Shown here piece by piece: positions 34,882 through 44,009 of a stretch of DNA of 45,187 bases. The DNA is taken from the NCBI GenBank assembly GCA_043759365.1, contig JAYVNB010000097.1:1-45187 (forward strand), in the 5' to 3' direction. Origin of the DNA: Bacteriovoracaceae bacterium. Lineage in GTDB: Bacteria; Bdellovibrionota; UBA1018. How positions within the stretch are numbered: position 1 is the stretch's first letter; each line of letters starts with the position of its first letter. A model generated the notes under the pieces. The model did no database searches, was not told the origin of the DNA, and saw nothing but the letters and a program-made list of their open reading frames with translations. The position numbers and the translations under genes were made by a program.

Positions 34882-36108
34882 ATGCATCATGTCGAGACAT
34901 TGATCATTGGCGCGGGTTTGGTCGGAAGCAGTGTGGCCATGCATTTGGCCCAAATGGGAATGACTGGGATCCGGGTCATTGACTTCGATTTGGAAGGGAC
35001 ATTGAGCAGTTCGGAGTTGAATGCGGGAGGGGTCCGCGCTTCCTTCGTCCAGCCAGTCAATATCCAGATGTCGAAGGTCTCGATCGAGTATTTCGCGAAA
35101 GTCGCGGAAGAGATTGGCTTTCGTGAGTGCGGTTACCTCTGGCTGCACACGCCCTCGAGCATGCCGGGTGCCCTCAGGGCTCGGGAAAACCAGCTCAGTC
35201 TGGGTTGGCCGGTCGAGCTCTGGGACGTCTCTGAACTCAAGCGACGCGTTCCGTTCATCGATAAGACCGACGATCTGGCGGGAGCACATTTCGCTTCACG
35301 CGATGGGCTTTTGAACACCAACCTGCTGAAGAACCACTTTCGCGCCCAGGCTCGGGCATTGGGGGTGGTTTTCGATGATCGAAGACTGGCGCGGCGTGCG
35401 GAGTCCCGCTCTCAAGGCATCACCTTGGACTGCGAGGTTTTCACGCAGAACCTCACCCAAGAAATGAAAGCGGCTGTGCTTTCGGGTCGGGCGGACGCCT
35501 TTGCGATTACCCCGGAACAGTATCGGGCGGCCCGCGTGGTCAACTGCGCAGGTGCCTGGGCACCGGAAATCGCGACGATCCTGGGTTATTCTTGTCCGTC
35601 TGTACCGGTTCGTAGGCAGGTCTGCACTTTCGACTGCCGAGACGTCGACCTGACTCCTTACGGAATGATCGTCGACCCCTCGGGGGTTTATTTCCATCCA
35701 GAGGCGACTCAAGGATTAGCCGGTTTCGCCAATCGAGGTGAGCCTGTGGGAGTCAATTTCGATTACGATGGCGAGAGCTTTTTCCAGGAACTGATCTGGC
35801 CCGCCTTGTATGAACGCTCCTCGAAATTCGAACGACTTCGCCACATGACCGGCTGGTCGGGTCTTTACGAGGTTTCACCCGACGAAACCGCGATCATCGG
35901 TGAAGCCCGAGGTCTTTCCGGCCCGGCACTGGGACGCGTTTTCGAAGCACATTCGTTTTCCGGCCACGGCGTGATGCACAGCTACGGGGCGGGTTTGGCT
36001 TTGGCCGAACTGATGATTCGTGGAAGGTACGAGTCCTTAGACGCCGCACCTTTTTCGAGTCGGCGATTTTCGACGGGCCAATTGATCCACGAAAGCCTGG
36101 TAATTTGA
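34882..36108 (+). CDS. FAD-dependent oxidoreductase (DAO family)
   Basis: ATG 34882 is codon 32 of ORF 34789..36108. TLIIGAGLVGSSVAMHLAQ dinucleotide fold and a C-terminal SGHGVMHSYGAGLALAELM. The substrate is not inferable. Confidence 0.75.
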   Translation: MHHVETLIIGAGLVGSSVAMHLAQMGMTGIRVIDFDLEGTLSSSELNAGGVRASFVQPVNIQMSKVSIEYFAKVAEEIGFRECGYLWLHTPSSMPGALRARENQLSLGWPVELWDVSELKRRVPFIDKTDDLAGAHFASRDGLLNTNLLKNHFRAQARALGVVFDDRRLARRAESRSQGITLDCEVFTQNLTQEMKAAVLSGRADAFAITPEQYRAARVVNCAGAWAPEIATILGYSCPSVPVRRQVCTFDCRDVDLTPYGMIVDPSGVYFHPEATQGLAGFANRGEPVGVNFDYDGESFFQELIWPALYERSSKFERLRHMTGWSGLYEVSPDETAIIGEARGLSGPALGRVFEAHSFSGHGVMHSYGAGLALAELMIRGRYESLDAAPFSSRRFSTGQLIHESLVI

Positions 36109-36794
36109 TGCGACTCGAAACTTGGCAAAGCAGCACCGATCGATTGGCGAACGAGGGAGATCTTTTACAGGTTCCGGGAAGGGTCGATTGGTTGGTGGAG
36201 CAGGTAGGTGTGGGAATGAGGGTCCTCGACATCGGTTGCCGAGGGGGTTCCTTGAGCCGTAAAATGCTTGATTGCAACAATCGGGTCTGGGCGCTCGAGC
36301 CCAATCCAGCGGCGGCGCTCGCTGCCGAAAAAGCGGGTATCCAAGTGACAGTGGGTGATCCCGGCGAACGACTGCCCTTCGAGAACGAGTTCTTCGATGT
36401 AGTTCATGTCGCTGAAAGCCTCGAAACGGTCTTCGATACCAAAGAGTTCATGTACGAATGCTCTCGTGTCCTCAAGAGGCGGGGAGTATTGCTTTTTTCG
36501 GTGATGAATTTGAACCGTCTGGAAAATCGGATTCGCATGCTTCAGGGGCGGACGCCCCGGGGTGCGGGTGCGTTTCCGGAGGACCATGGCGGAGAACGCA
36601 TTCGTCACTTCAATGAAGTGAAAGTACGCGAACTTTGTCAGGAGACGGGATGGAGGATCGAGAGCGTGAGGAGCCTCCCGGTTCTGCGGTCAAAAGGGGC
36701 GTGGCTTGATCGCTCCTTGATGCAGCTTTCCCGCCTCACTCCAGGCCTTGGGGCGCTTCTCCTCGTGAGGGCCCTGAAAACCACCCAGAGCTGA
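36108..36794 (+). CDS. Class I SAM-dependent methyltransferase
   Basis: VLDIGCRGGSLS (motif I), FDVVHVAESLE and RRGVLLFSVMN. The ATG shares a base with the oxidoreductase TGA (TGATG). Confidence 0.7.
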   Translation: MRLETWQSSTDRLANEGDLLQVPGRVDWLVEQVGVGMRVLDIGCRGGSLSRKMLDCNNRVWALEPNPAAALAAEKAGIQVTVGDPGERLPFENEFFDVVHVAESLETVFDTKEFMYECSRVLKRRGVLLFSVMNLNRLENRIRMLQGRTPRGAGAFPEDHGGERIRHFNEVKVRELCQETGWRIESVRSLPVLRSKGAWLDRSLMQLSRLTPGLGALLLVRALKTTQS

Positions 36795-36887
36795 CGGCGC
36801 TTGAGGAGGAAGGATTGCTGGATCCTGCAATTCTGATCCTGTTCACGCTTTTCGGGGTTGCCTGAGAAGAGGTACCCTCTAGGGGAG

Positions 36888-38018
36888 ATGCTGAACGCAC
36901 GCGAGTTTCCCCCAGATCATTTTCCACGGACTTTGGCTGCATTGAAGGAAGGTGTCGCCGCGGGAGTCGCACCGGGAATGGTTGCGGGCCTGTGGTCGAT
37001 CACGGAGCCTGAGCAGATGTTGGCCCACGCCGAAGGTGTCCGGCGTGTGGTTCCAACATCCCAGAGTCTCGGAGTGGACACGGTATTCGACTTGGCGTCG
37101 CTCACGAAAGTCATGGGGACAGCCACTTTGGCCGCGCTCCTCGTGGAGCGCCGATGGATATCCTGGGACACTTCGATCACTTCGCTACTTCCGGAGTTCC
37201 CGTTTCCCGATATTCGCCTTTCCCATCTTCTTTCCCATACCGCGGGCCTGACTGCCTGGAAGCCATTTTGGCAGATGCTGCGCGATCGTTTCGGACAGGA
37301 TCCGGCGGTGCTTGCCCGTATCCCCATCTCGGAGAGGCAGCGTGCCATGCGCGAGTTCGTCGTGGAGGTTGCACCTGAAGCGGCGCCGGGCGAGCGCATG
37401 GTCTACTCCGATCTCTCGTTCCTTTTACTGGGGTTCGCTCTCGAGAAGGCGCTCCAGATGGACTTGGACCGGGCGGTGACAGACTTGGTCTGGAAACCCA
37501 TGGGCGTTTCAGGCGCGAGTTACCGCAGGGTCGATCGTGATACGCGTCGCGGAAATGATGAATCCGTCGCCGCCACTGAGCTTTGCCCGTGGCGAGGGGG
37601 GGTGCTTCAGGGCCAAGTGCACGACGACAATGCTTGGGCGATGGGCGGGTATGCCGGCCATGCGGGAGCTTTCGGCAGTGCGCGAGATGTCCTGGGGTTC
37701 GCTCGCGGACTAGCGCAGGGCTTCCTCTCGTTCGAAACGATCCATCAAGCGTGGAGGCGGGTCGCGCTTCCGGTAGGTTGTACCCGGACCTTGGGTTGGG
37801 ACACCCCTTCGGGACCCGATTCGCTGGTCGGGAGTCGTTTTTCTGGGCGCTCCGTGGGTCATTGGGGCTTCACGGGGACAGGTCTCTGGATCGACCGGGA
37901 TGCCGGCATAGCGGTTACGCTCTTGACCAATCGAGTTCATCCTTCGCGCGAGAATCCTGCGATTCGTGAATTTCGACCCCGGTTTCACAACGCCTTGCGG
38001 GCGGATCTCGGCTTCTAG
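36888..38018 (+). CDS. Serine hydrolase, beta-lactamase/DD-peptidase (class C-like) family
   Basis: FDLASLTKVMGT (SxxK), YSD (YxN position) and GHWGFTGTGLWID (KTG-like box). The start is uncertain: ATG 36888 or TTG 36858. Confidence 0.75.
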   Translation: MLNAREFPPDHFPRTLAALKEGVAAGVAPGMVAGLWSITEPEQMLAHAEGVRRVVPTSQSLGVDTVFDLASLTKVMGTATLAALLVERRWISWDTSITSLLPEFPFPDIRLSHLLSHTAGLTAWKPFWQMLRDRFGQDPAVLARIPISERQRAMREFVVEVAPEAAPGERMVYSDLSFLLLGFALEKALQMDLDRAVTDLVWKPMGVSGASYRRVDRDTRRGNDESVAATELCPWRGGVLQGQVHDDNAWAMGGYAGHAGAFGSARDVLGFARGLAQGFLSFETIHQAWRRVALPVGCTRTLGWDTPSGPDSLVGSRFSGRSVGHWGFTGTGLWIDRDAGIAVTLLTNRVHPSRENPAIREFRPRFHNALRADLGF

Positions 38019-38174
38019 GAAGGGCGAGCCCTTCGTACCCGTCGGAATTCAACGAGCTTTATTGAACGCCGACCCGGTTCCCGTCGAGACTTCCTCACCG
38101 CCCCCGGTCAAACAGGCGGATTCGAACGGAGGCCGTTGACTCGGTCCGCGCCTCTCCTTCATCATGTCAAAGTG

Positions 38175-39668
38175 ATGACCACACTCCCGCTGTGCAATGA
38201 CTTTCGATCCCAAACCGCCGCCAAACGGAAGCCGCTCCCTCCATTCGACAAGATCAAGTCGGTGCATGTGATCGGAGTCTGCGGGACGCTCATGGGGGCC
38301 TTCGCGGTATTCCTCAAAAATCGGGGTATCGAGGTCACAGGCAGCGACCAGAACATCTATCCCCCGATGAGCGATGTGCTCCAAGCAGCGCAGGTGAAGC
38401 TTTTTTCGGGTTATGATGCCGCCAATCTCACCGGCCTCCCCCGCAAGCCCGACGTGGTTGTGATCGGCAACGTGATCACTCCCCAGAATCCGGAGGCCCG
38501 CGCCGCCATCGACGGAGGCTACGTGTTTTCTTCGCTTCCGGAAGCGATGGAAGAATTGATGCTCAAGGAAACCCGCAATTGCGTAGTCGCTGGCACTCAC
38601 GGCAAAACCACGACTTCAAGCCTGCTCGCACACGTGCTTTCCCAGGCGGGTCGGGAGCCGTCGTACTTTATCGGGGGAGTCTCCAAGGATCTCCCGCAAA
38701 GTTTCCAAGTATCGAAGCTCGAGAGCGGGACGCCGTTCGTCCTGGAAGGGGACGAGTACGATACCGCCTTTTGGGACAAGGTTCCCAAGTTCAACCACTA
38801 TCGTCCCGATCAAGTCATTTTGACCTCGGTCGAATACGATCATGCCGACATCTATCCGGACTTTGAGGCGGTTTTCCGAGCTTTTCAAGGCTTGCTCAGC
38901 CGGATCCGCGCCGGTGGACAGCTGATCGCCTGCCTAGATTACGACTCGGTTCGGCGGCTGATCGTCGAAGCCAAGGTTCCGGTCATTGGTTATGCCAGTC
39001 GTCCGGCGGAGGGGGTCCGTTACTGGCCCGCCAACGTGCGTGCCGAGGGCGAGGGGATGCGTTTCGACGTGATGGATCGGGGACAGAGGGTCGCTGACCT
39101 CCGCGTCCAGCTTCCGGGTTTTCACAACGTGATGAATGCGCTGGCTGTCTGGATCCAATGCGAAGGCTTGGGCGTGGCACAGGACAAGACGCGTGAAGGA
39201 TTAGCCTCCTTCCAGGGCGTGAAGCGTCGTCAAGAGGAGCGGGGAGAAGTGAGAGGTGTGCTCGTGATCGATGACTTCGCCCATCATCCCACCGCGGTGC
39301 GAGAGACACTTCGCGCATTGAAGCTCAAGTACCCTGAGCGCAGGGTGGTCGCAGTCTTCGAGCCGCGGTCCGCGACTTCACGGCGCAAGGTGTTTCAGAA
39401 GGATTATGCTGAAGCGTTCTGCGAGGCTGCATCCACTTTCATCGCGATCCCCTTCGATCAGAGCAATATCGATGCGAAAGATCAGTTCTCAAGCGAGCAG
39501 CTAGTCGCTGATATCCGGGAACGAGGGCTCGAGGCCGATGTGATGGTATCCGTCGAGGAGGGAGTGAAACAGGTCGCCCGTTCGGCCAGCAAAGGGGACC
39601 TGCTAGCCGTGCTCTCCAACGGGGGATTCGGCGGGTTCATTCCCAAGCTTCTCCATGCGCTGCAGTGA
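38175..39668 (+). CDS. mpl: UDP-N-acetylmuramate:L-alanyl-gamma-D-glutamyl-meso-diaminopimelate ligase
   Basis: HVIGVCGTLMGAFAVFLKNRGIEVTGSDQNIYPPMSDVL is the characteristic Mpl N-terminus. GTHGKTTTSS P-loop, and DDFAHHPTA in the C-domain. Confidence 0.88.
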   Translation: MTTLPLCNDFRSQTAAKRKPLPPFDKIKSVHVIGVCGTLMGAFAVFLKNRGIEVTGSDQNIYPPMSDVLQAAQVKLFSGYDAANLTGLPRKPDVVVIGNVITPQNPEARAAIDGGYVFSSLPEAMEELMLKETRNCVVAGTHGKTTTSSLLAHVLSQAGREPSYFIGGVSKDLPQSFQVSKLESGTPFVLEGDEYDTAFWDKVPKFNHYRPDQVILTSVEYDHADIYPDFEAVFRAFQGLLSRIRAGGQLIACLDYDSVRRLIVEAKVPVIGYASRPAEGVRYWPANVRAEGEGMRFDVMDRGQRVADLRVQLPGFHNVMNALAVWIQCEGLGVAQDKTREGLASFQGVKRRQEERGEVRGVLVIDDFAHHPTAVRETLRALKLKYPERRVVAVFEPRSATSRRKVFQKDYAEAFCEAASTFIAIPFDQSNIDAKDQFSSEQLVADIRERGLEADVMVSVEEGVKQVARSASKGDLLAVLSNGGFGGFIPKLLHALQ

Positions 39669-39671
39669 GAA

Positions 39672-40562
39672 TCAGAACTTCCGATTGAAACCCAGCCAGA
39701 GCTCAGCGCTTTTGCTTTGCGCAAATGGCGCAACTCCCAGGCTCAATCCGTTCTTGAACCGTTTTACGGTAATCACGGCGGGCGTCGTGCCCCATTTGCC
39801 CTTGGCTATGAGGTCGTTGTTGCCCGCGATGTTCTTGAACTGGACCACGGTGAGCGCGATCAGCACCAGCGTCCGGATCTCCTTGGACTTGATGGACTGG
39901 ATCGCTTTGGCGGCCACATCGACCTGAAGTTGGCTGTAGGCCTTGAAAGCCTCCTTCAGGCGCGCCTTCTCTTCGCCCGTGTAATCCATGGGCGGCCGGT
40001 TCTGTTTGTAGGATTTTTCGAAGAGCATCGTGAAGACGTTCTGGGTCTCGGACCAGCCGCGGTCGATGAACTCAAAAGTGGCGTGGAAATCCGGCTGGAA
40101 AATGGCATTAAGCCAGTCCTTCACGCCGTCATCGGATGTGCCTTTGCCGGGTTCGAGACTGAGGCTGGCGGTCCGATCGTAGGGTGTGGCTTTGCCCGCC
40201 CGGCAGGGCAGGGTGGCGTTCTGGTTGCAAAGCTCCTCGATTGCCGCGAGTTCGTTCGGGGAGGCTTTGCGTCCCAGGTCATCCATCTGGGCCTTGGTGC
40301 AGGCCCAAGTCGCGTCGCCGCAACGGTTGAGTTCCGCCAGCGATTCGCGAAAGGTTTCCTGATTGCTCAGGTTGTGCAGGTAGCCGCCGAGGCGAAAGAC
40401 GGCCGGCGCCCCGGGATGGGAAGGGTTGCTTTCAAGGTTCTCCCCGGGCAGTGGGCAGGCCCCCCCGTCATTGTCCTGACGTTCCCAGGCCCCGGCCGCA
40501 GGTAGGGCGCTTGAGAGGAAAGTGACTGAAATTAGAGCCGCCATCCAGGTCGAGAAGTTCAT
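39672..40562 (-). CDS. Hypothetical secreted protein (Cys-containing N-half, C-terminal ...LGFNRKF)
   Basis: Signal peptide MNFSTWMAALISVTFLSSALPAAGA and six Cys in the first ~120 mature residues. No family recognised. Its stop lies 3 nt from the mpl stop (convergent). Confidence 0.6.
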   Translation of the reverse strand: MNFSTWMAALISVTFLSSALPAAGAWERQDNDGGACPLPGENLESNPSHPGAPAVFRLGGYLHNLSNQETFRESLAELNRCGDATWACTKAQMDDLGRKASPNELAAIEELCNQNATLPCRAGKATPYDRTASLSLEPGKGTSDDGVKDWLNAIFQPDFHATFEFIDRGWSETQNVFTMLFEKSYKQNRPPMDYTGEEKARLKEAFKAYSQLQVDVAAKAIQSIKSKEIRTLVLIALTVVQFKNIAGNNDLIAKGKWGTTPAVITVKRFKNGLSLGVAPFAQSKSAELWLGFNRKF

Positions 40563-40738
40563 CAGCTTTTATTTTACTTGAACTCAGCGGATTAGCCAGC
40601 CTGGAGAGCAGGTGCCGGGAATGCTTGCCCTTCCCAGGAGCATCGGAGGACAATCGGGGAACCCCGTGGAATACTCCGAGGTTCTGCTACAGTTCGCCGG
40701 ACACCGGACCGAAACAACCTGAAGAGGGTCAGGCTTCG

Positions 40739-42997
40739 ATGAGTGAAGTCCTCAAAAAATTCGGACGGTATTTCCTGCTCGACCGCGTCGCCCAAGGGGG
40801 GATGGCCGAGATCTATCGCGCGCGCCTGGCTTCCACGTCGGGCCCCTCGCGCTTACTCGTCATCAAGCGGATCCAACAGGGCTATGGCGCCAACGCCGAG
40901 TTCCTCGAGATGTTCCGTTCCGAGACCCAGGTCACCATGGGTTTCAACCACCCGAACGTCGTCCAAGTCTACGATTTCGGCGAGGAGCAGGATCAGCCCT
41001 ACATCGCGATGGAGTTCGTGGATGGGAAGAACCTCCGTCAATTCCTTCAGCGCTTCAACGAGATCAAGCAAGGTTTCCCGATCGATTTGGCCTCGTTCAT
41101 CATCGAGCAGTCGGCTTCAGGGCTGCAGTACGCCCATGCCTTCAAGGACAAGATCAGCGGTGAACCCCTCAACATCATCCATCGGGACATCAGCCCTCAG
41201 AACATCCTGATCTCCTACGAAGGCAACTCGAAGGTCATCGACTTCGGCATCGCCAAGGCGGCCACCAACAGCGAGTCTACTCGAGCCGGAATCATCAAGG
41301 GCAAACCGAGCTATCTGTCTCCTGAGCAGATTTCTGGCGAACACTTGGACGGCCGTTGCGACATCTTCGCTTTGGGAGCGGTCCTGTGGGAACTGCTGTG
41401 TGGTCGAAAGCTGTTCGCAGGCGAGAACGACTTGGCCGTCCTGAAGATGATCGAAGCGAGCTCCACTCACGTGAAGGCGCCCTCGACGGTGAATCCCGAG
41501 GTGCCGAAGGAGCTCGACTACATCGTGCTCAAGGCGCTGGCCAAGCATCGCGACCAAAGGTACCAAACAGCGGAAGAGTTCCGGCGCGCGCTTCACAAAT
41601 TCGTCTACTCCTACAATCCGGACTTCAATCCCGGTGACCTCTCGTATTACGCCAAGGACCTGTTCAAGGACGATATCGTCGAAGATCGCAAGAAAATCCA
41701 GAAACTGAACGAGAAGGCTGAGCAGCTTTTGGCGTCGGGATCAGACTCCACGAGCGCGGGGCAGCAGAACGGCGGTGCTGCGATCGAGCTTGTGGCGCAA
41801 TCGGGCGGTGCGAAGAAAAAAGAAGAGACCACGACCGTTTTCGAGGCGCGCGACTCCGAGAATCCCGCTCGCACTACCGCGACGCGCGGGCAGAAGATGG
41901 ACGTGGATCGCGGCGCGGCGATGCAGAACTCGCGAAACTTGCGTGCGGCCAACCTTAAAGGTCCGAGTCCATACGGGACCGGTGGCGCTTCGACCTCGAG
42001 CAATACCCCTTCGGGTGGCTCAAGCGGAGCAAGCCCCTCCCGTCGGCCTGGGCAGGGGAGCAGCGCCGACTCCAAATCAATTCCACGGCAATTCAAGCCG
42101 CAAAGTTCCTCGGGCGGCGGAGCCAAGCCCGTGATCTTTGTCGCTGCCGCGCTCGCGGCCGCTGTTTACCTCGGACCCATGTTCGGTTTCCGGGTCCCGA
42201 TCCTTTCCGACATCGTCCATCCCGAAGGTCCCGCCACGGGCTCGCTGACCCTCGAAGGGAACGCCAAAGGGGTCGAGGTCAAGATCAACGACAGGCTTGT
42301 GGCAACGGAGTTGCCGGCGAACTTCACGGATCTCCCGAGCGGAGCGCCGATCTCGATCGCGGTGAATGGCTGGAGTTCCGGAAGCTACCGCAGTGTAGTC
42401 ACTTTACGGCGAGGCGAGAAAAAGAGCGTCAGCGTGACCTTGGGCGGAGGGACGACTCAAGCCGTGGTCGGGGGATCGGTGGCATCGGGAAACGATCCTG
42501 GCCGAGTTAACCGGGGCATCCCGTTACGTCTCAATGTGCTCCCAGTCGGACCTGGAACAACCGTTTCGATCAACGGAAAGGCGGTCGAGTCCAGCAATGG
42601 ATCGTTTCCCGTCGCGCTCGATGAGCCTCTTGAGTTGGTTATCGAACGTCCGAACTACAAGACGGTCAAGCGTGAGTTCGTACTCAGCTCCCGCGACCTT
42701 TCCGGGCGCGCCGAGTATTCCATGGAGATCCAGCTGGAGCCGCAGAAGTTCGGATTTCTCACGATTCGCACGACTCCGAGCTCCGACGCTTTCCTGAGCC
42801 CACGCGATGGCGCACGCACGCCGAGCTCGGACAAGCCCCTAGTCAGGCACACTCCCTTCGAAAACGAGAAGTTCCCGATCGGGACCTACAGCGTCAAGCT
42901 GGTGAATGAAGTCCTCGGTATGGAGAAAGTCGTCACGATCTCCGTACAGGAAGGGAAAGCGGTTTCTGTCGACGAGCGGCTTGAGATCAAGCATTGA
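40739..42997 (+). CDS. Eukaryote-like Ser/Thr protein kinase with TM segment and PEGA-like extracytoplasmic repeats
   Basis: ATG 40739 is codon 39 of ORF 40625..42997. Kinase motifs GGMAEIY, VIKR, HRDISPQNIL, DFGIAKA and SYLSPEQ. A Ser/Gly-rich linker, a TM helix PVIFVAAALAAAVYLGPMFGF, then three beta-rich repeats resembling PEGA domains. Confidence 0.85.
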   Translation: MSEVLKKFGRYFLLDRVAQGGMAEIYRARLASTSGPSRLLVIKRIQQGYGANAEFLEMFRSETQVTMGFNHPNVVQVYDFGEEQDQPYIAMEFVDGKNLRQFLQRFNEIKQGFPIDLASFIIEQSASGLQYAHAFKDKISGEPLNIIHRDISPQNILISYEGNSKVIDFGIAKAATNSESTRAGIIKGKPSYLSPEQISGEHLDGRCDIFALGAVLWELLCGRKLFAGENDLAVLKMIEASSTHVKAPSTVNPEVPKELDYIVLKALAKHRDQRYQTAEEFRRALHKFVYSYNPDFNPGDLSYYAKDLFKDDIVEDRKKIQKLNEKAEQLLASGSDSTSAGQQNGGAAIELVAQSGGAKKKEETTTVFEARDSENPARTTATRGQKMDVDRGAAMQNSRNLRAANLKGPSPYGTGGASTSSNTPSGGSSGASPSRRPGQGSSADSKSIPRQFKPQSSSGGGAKPVIFVAAALAAAVYLGPMFGFRVPILSDIVHPEGPATGSLTLEGNAKGVEVKINDRLVATELPANFTDLPSGAPISIAVNGWSSGSYRSVVTLRRGEKKSVSVTLGGGTTQAVVGGSVASGNDPGRVNRGIPLRLNVLPVGPGTTVSINGKAVESSNGSFPVALDEPLELVIERPNYKTVKREFVLSSRDLSGRAEYSMEIQLEPQKFGFLTIRTTPSSDAFLSPRDGARTPSSDKPLVRHTPFENEKFPIGTYSVKLVNEVLGMEKVVTISVQEGKAVSVDERLEIKH

Positions 42998-43021
42998 GCG
43001 ACCTACCGCGGTCGGGTTGAT

Positions 43022-43414
43022 TCACTGATTCCAGCGGGGAGTTTGATTCTTCGACTCCCGTTCGCGATGTCTCGTCTGGGTCTCCTGACGTCGGGTGATG
43101 AGTTTGACCCTTTGGACGTCACGGCTGGACTCCTGTGCTTCGCGTATTTTTTTACGCTCGAGCAGAGTGAGCTCGTGCTCGCGCTCCAATTTTCTTTGCC
43201 ACTGGCGCTGGCGTTCGGATATCCCCGCCTTTTGCTTTTCGAAACGCAAGTGGTTCCGCTCGCGCTTCTGGCGTTGGAAGTTGCGCTCTCGATTGTAACG
43301 ATCGCTTCTGAGAAATTCGCCCCGGGCCTCGGACAGGGGTAGGGTAATCGCAGCCAGCAGGGCTCCCATGCAGAGAGCAAGTGCGCGGAGCCGGAATGGA
43401 GCGGTTTGGCCCAT
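43022..43414 (-). CDS. Hypothetical secreted, extremely Arg/Glu/Gln-rich protein
   Basis: N-terminus MGQTAPFRLRALALCMGALLAAITLPLSEA, then about 100 residues such as RSDRYNRERNFQRQKRERNHLRFEKQ...RHRERESKNQ. No family recognised. The coding call rests on ORF length plus the signal peptide only. Confidence 0.45.
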   Translation of the reverse strand: MGQTAPFRLRALALCMGALLAAITLPLSEARGEFLRSDRYNRERNFQRQKRERNHLRFEKQKAGISERQRQWQRKLEREHELTLLERKKIREAQESSRDVQRVKLITRRQETQTRHRERESKNQTPRWNQ

Positions 43415-43565
43415 GCTTCCATTGTAGGAAAGGCCGGCTTTTCTCGCCAGTGTGTCTCTTGGGACCTATTCAAGGAGGATTGTATTGCGAGGGGTGGGAA
43501 ACGAAGAGGGGGACACTCCGGGGTTCCGGGGCGACCCCTTCTTCGGACCTACAGCCGAGGTCGGC

Positions 43566-43850
43566 TCAGGACCCGTTTTTTCGGGCGGCGTGATGTTCCT
43601 TCTTGGCTTTGCATGCCGCGACTTCATCACTGGAGGCGCTGACACCCGGAACGGTTTCGCCGCTCATGATCTTCTTCATGCAGTCGACATAGAGGCCTTT
43701 TCCATTGGACTTATGGTCGCCTTTTTTGAAGCCGGCGCTTTCGCAAGCCTGCTTGATCTTGCGGCAGGGACCTACTTCGCGGGCAAAGGCCGAAATGCTG
43801 AGGAGTGAGCTGGTCAGGATGAGGGCGGTGATCAGGGATTGGCTTTTCAT
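43566..43850 (-). CDS. Small secreted Cys-containing protein, possibly PsiF-like
   Basis: ATG at 43850 (codon 24) gives the signal peptide MKSQSLITALILTSSLLSISAFA. CESAGFKKGDHKSNGKGLYVDCMKK has the C-x20-C spacing and K-G-D/DC(M/L)KK features I recall from PsiF repeats. Confidence 0.5.
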   Translation of the reverse strand: MKSQSLITALILTSSLLSISAFAREVGPCRKIKQACESAGFKKGDHKSNGKGLYVDCMKKIMSGETVPGVSASSDEVAACKAKKEHHAARKNGS

Positions 43851-44009
43851 GGGTTGGGTTCTCCTGGAATCGATCTTATCTGTGCACTCCCAGGAATCCA
43901 ATAGGTCGAATTGCAACACCTCGAACTGGGCGATTCATCCGTGAAAACATCGAGAGCACGGTCAGGAGAGGGAGCTGTTTTCGAAGGTGTCGCGATTCGC
44001 CACGCGGGC

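Noticed and set aside
38110-38130. ggattcgaacg, resembling the reverse complement of a tRNA T-loop (GGTTCGAATCC)
   Set aside because: The flanking 5-mers (ggcgg / cggag) are not complementary, so no T-stem exists. No acceptor or anticodon arms can be drawn.
38049-38600. 183-aa minus-strand ORF at the start of mpl
   Set aside because: It overlaps the highly characteristic Mpl N-terminus on the other strand and has no recognisable domain.
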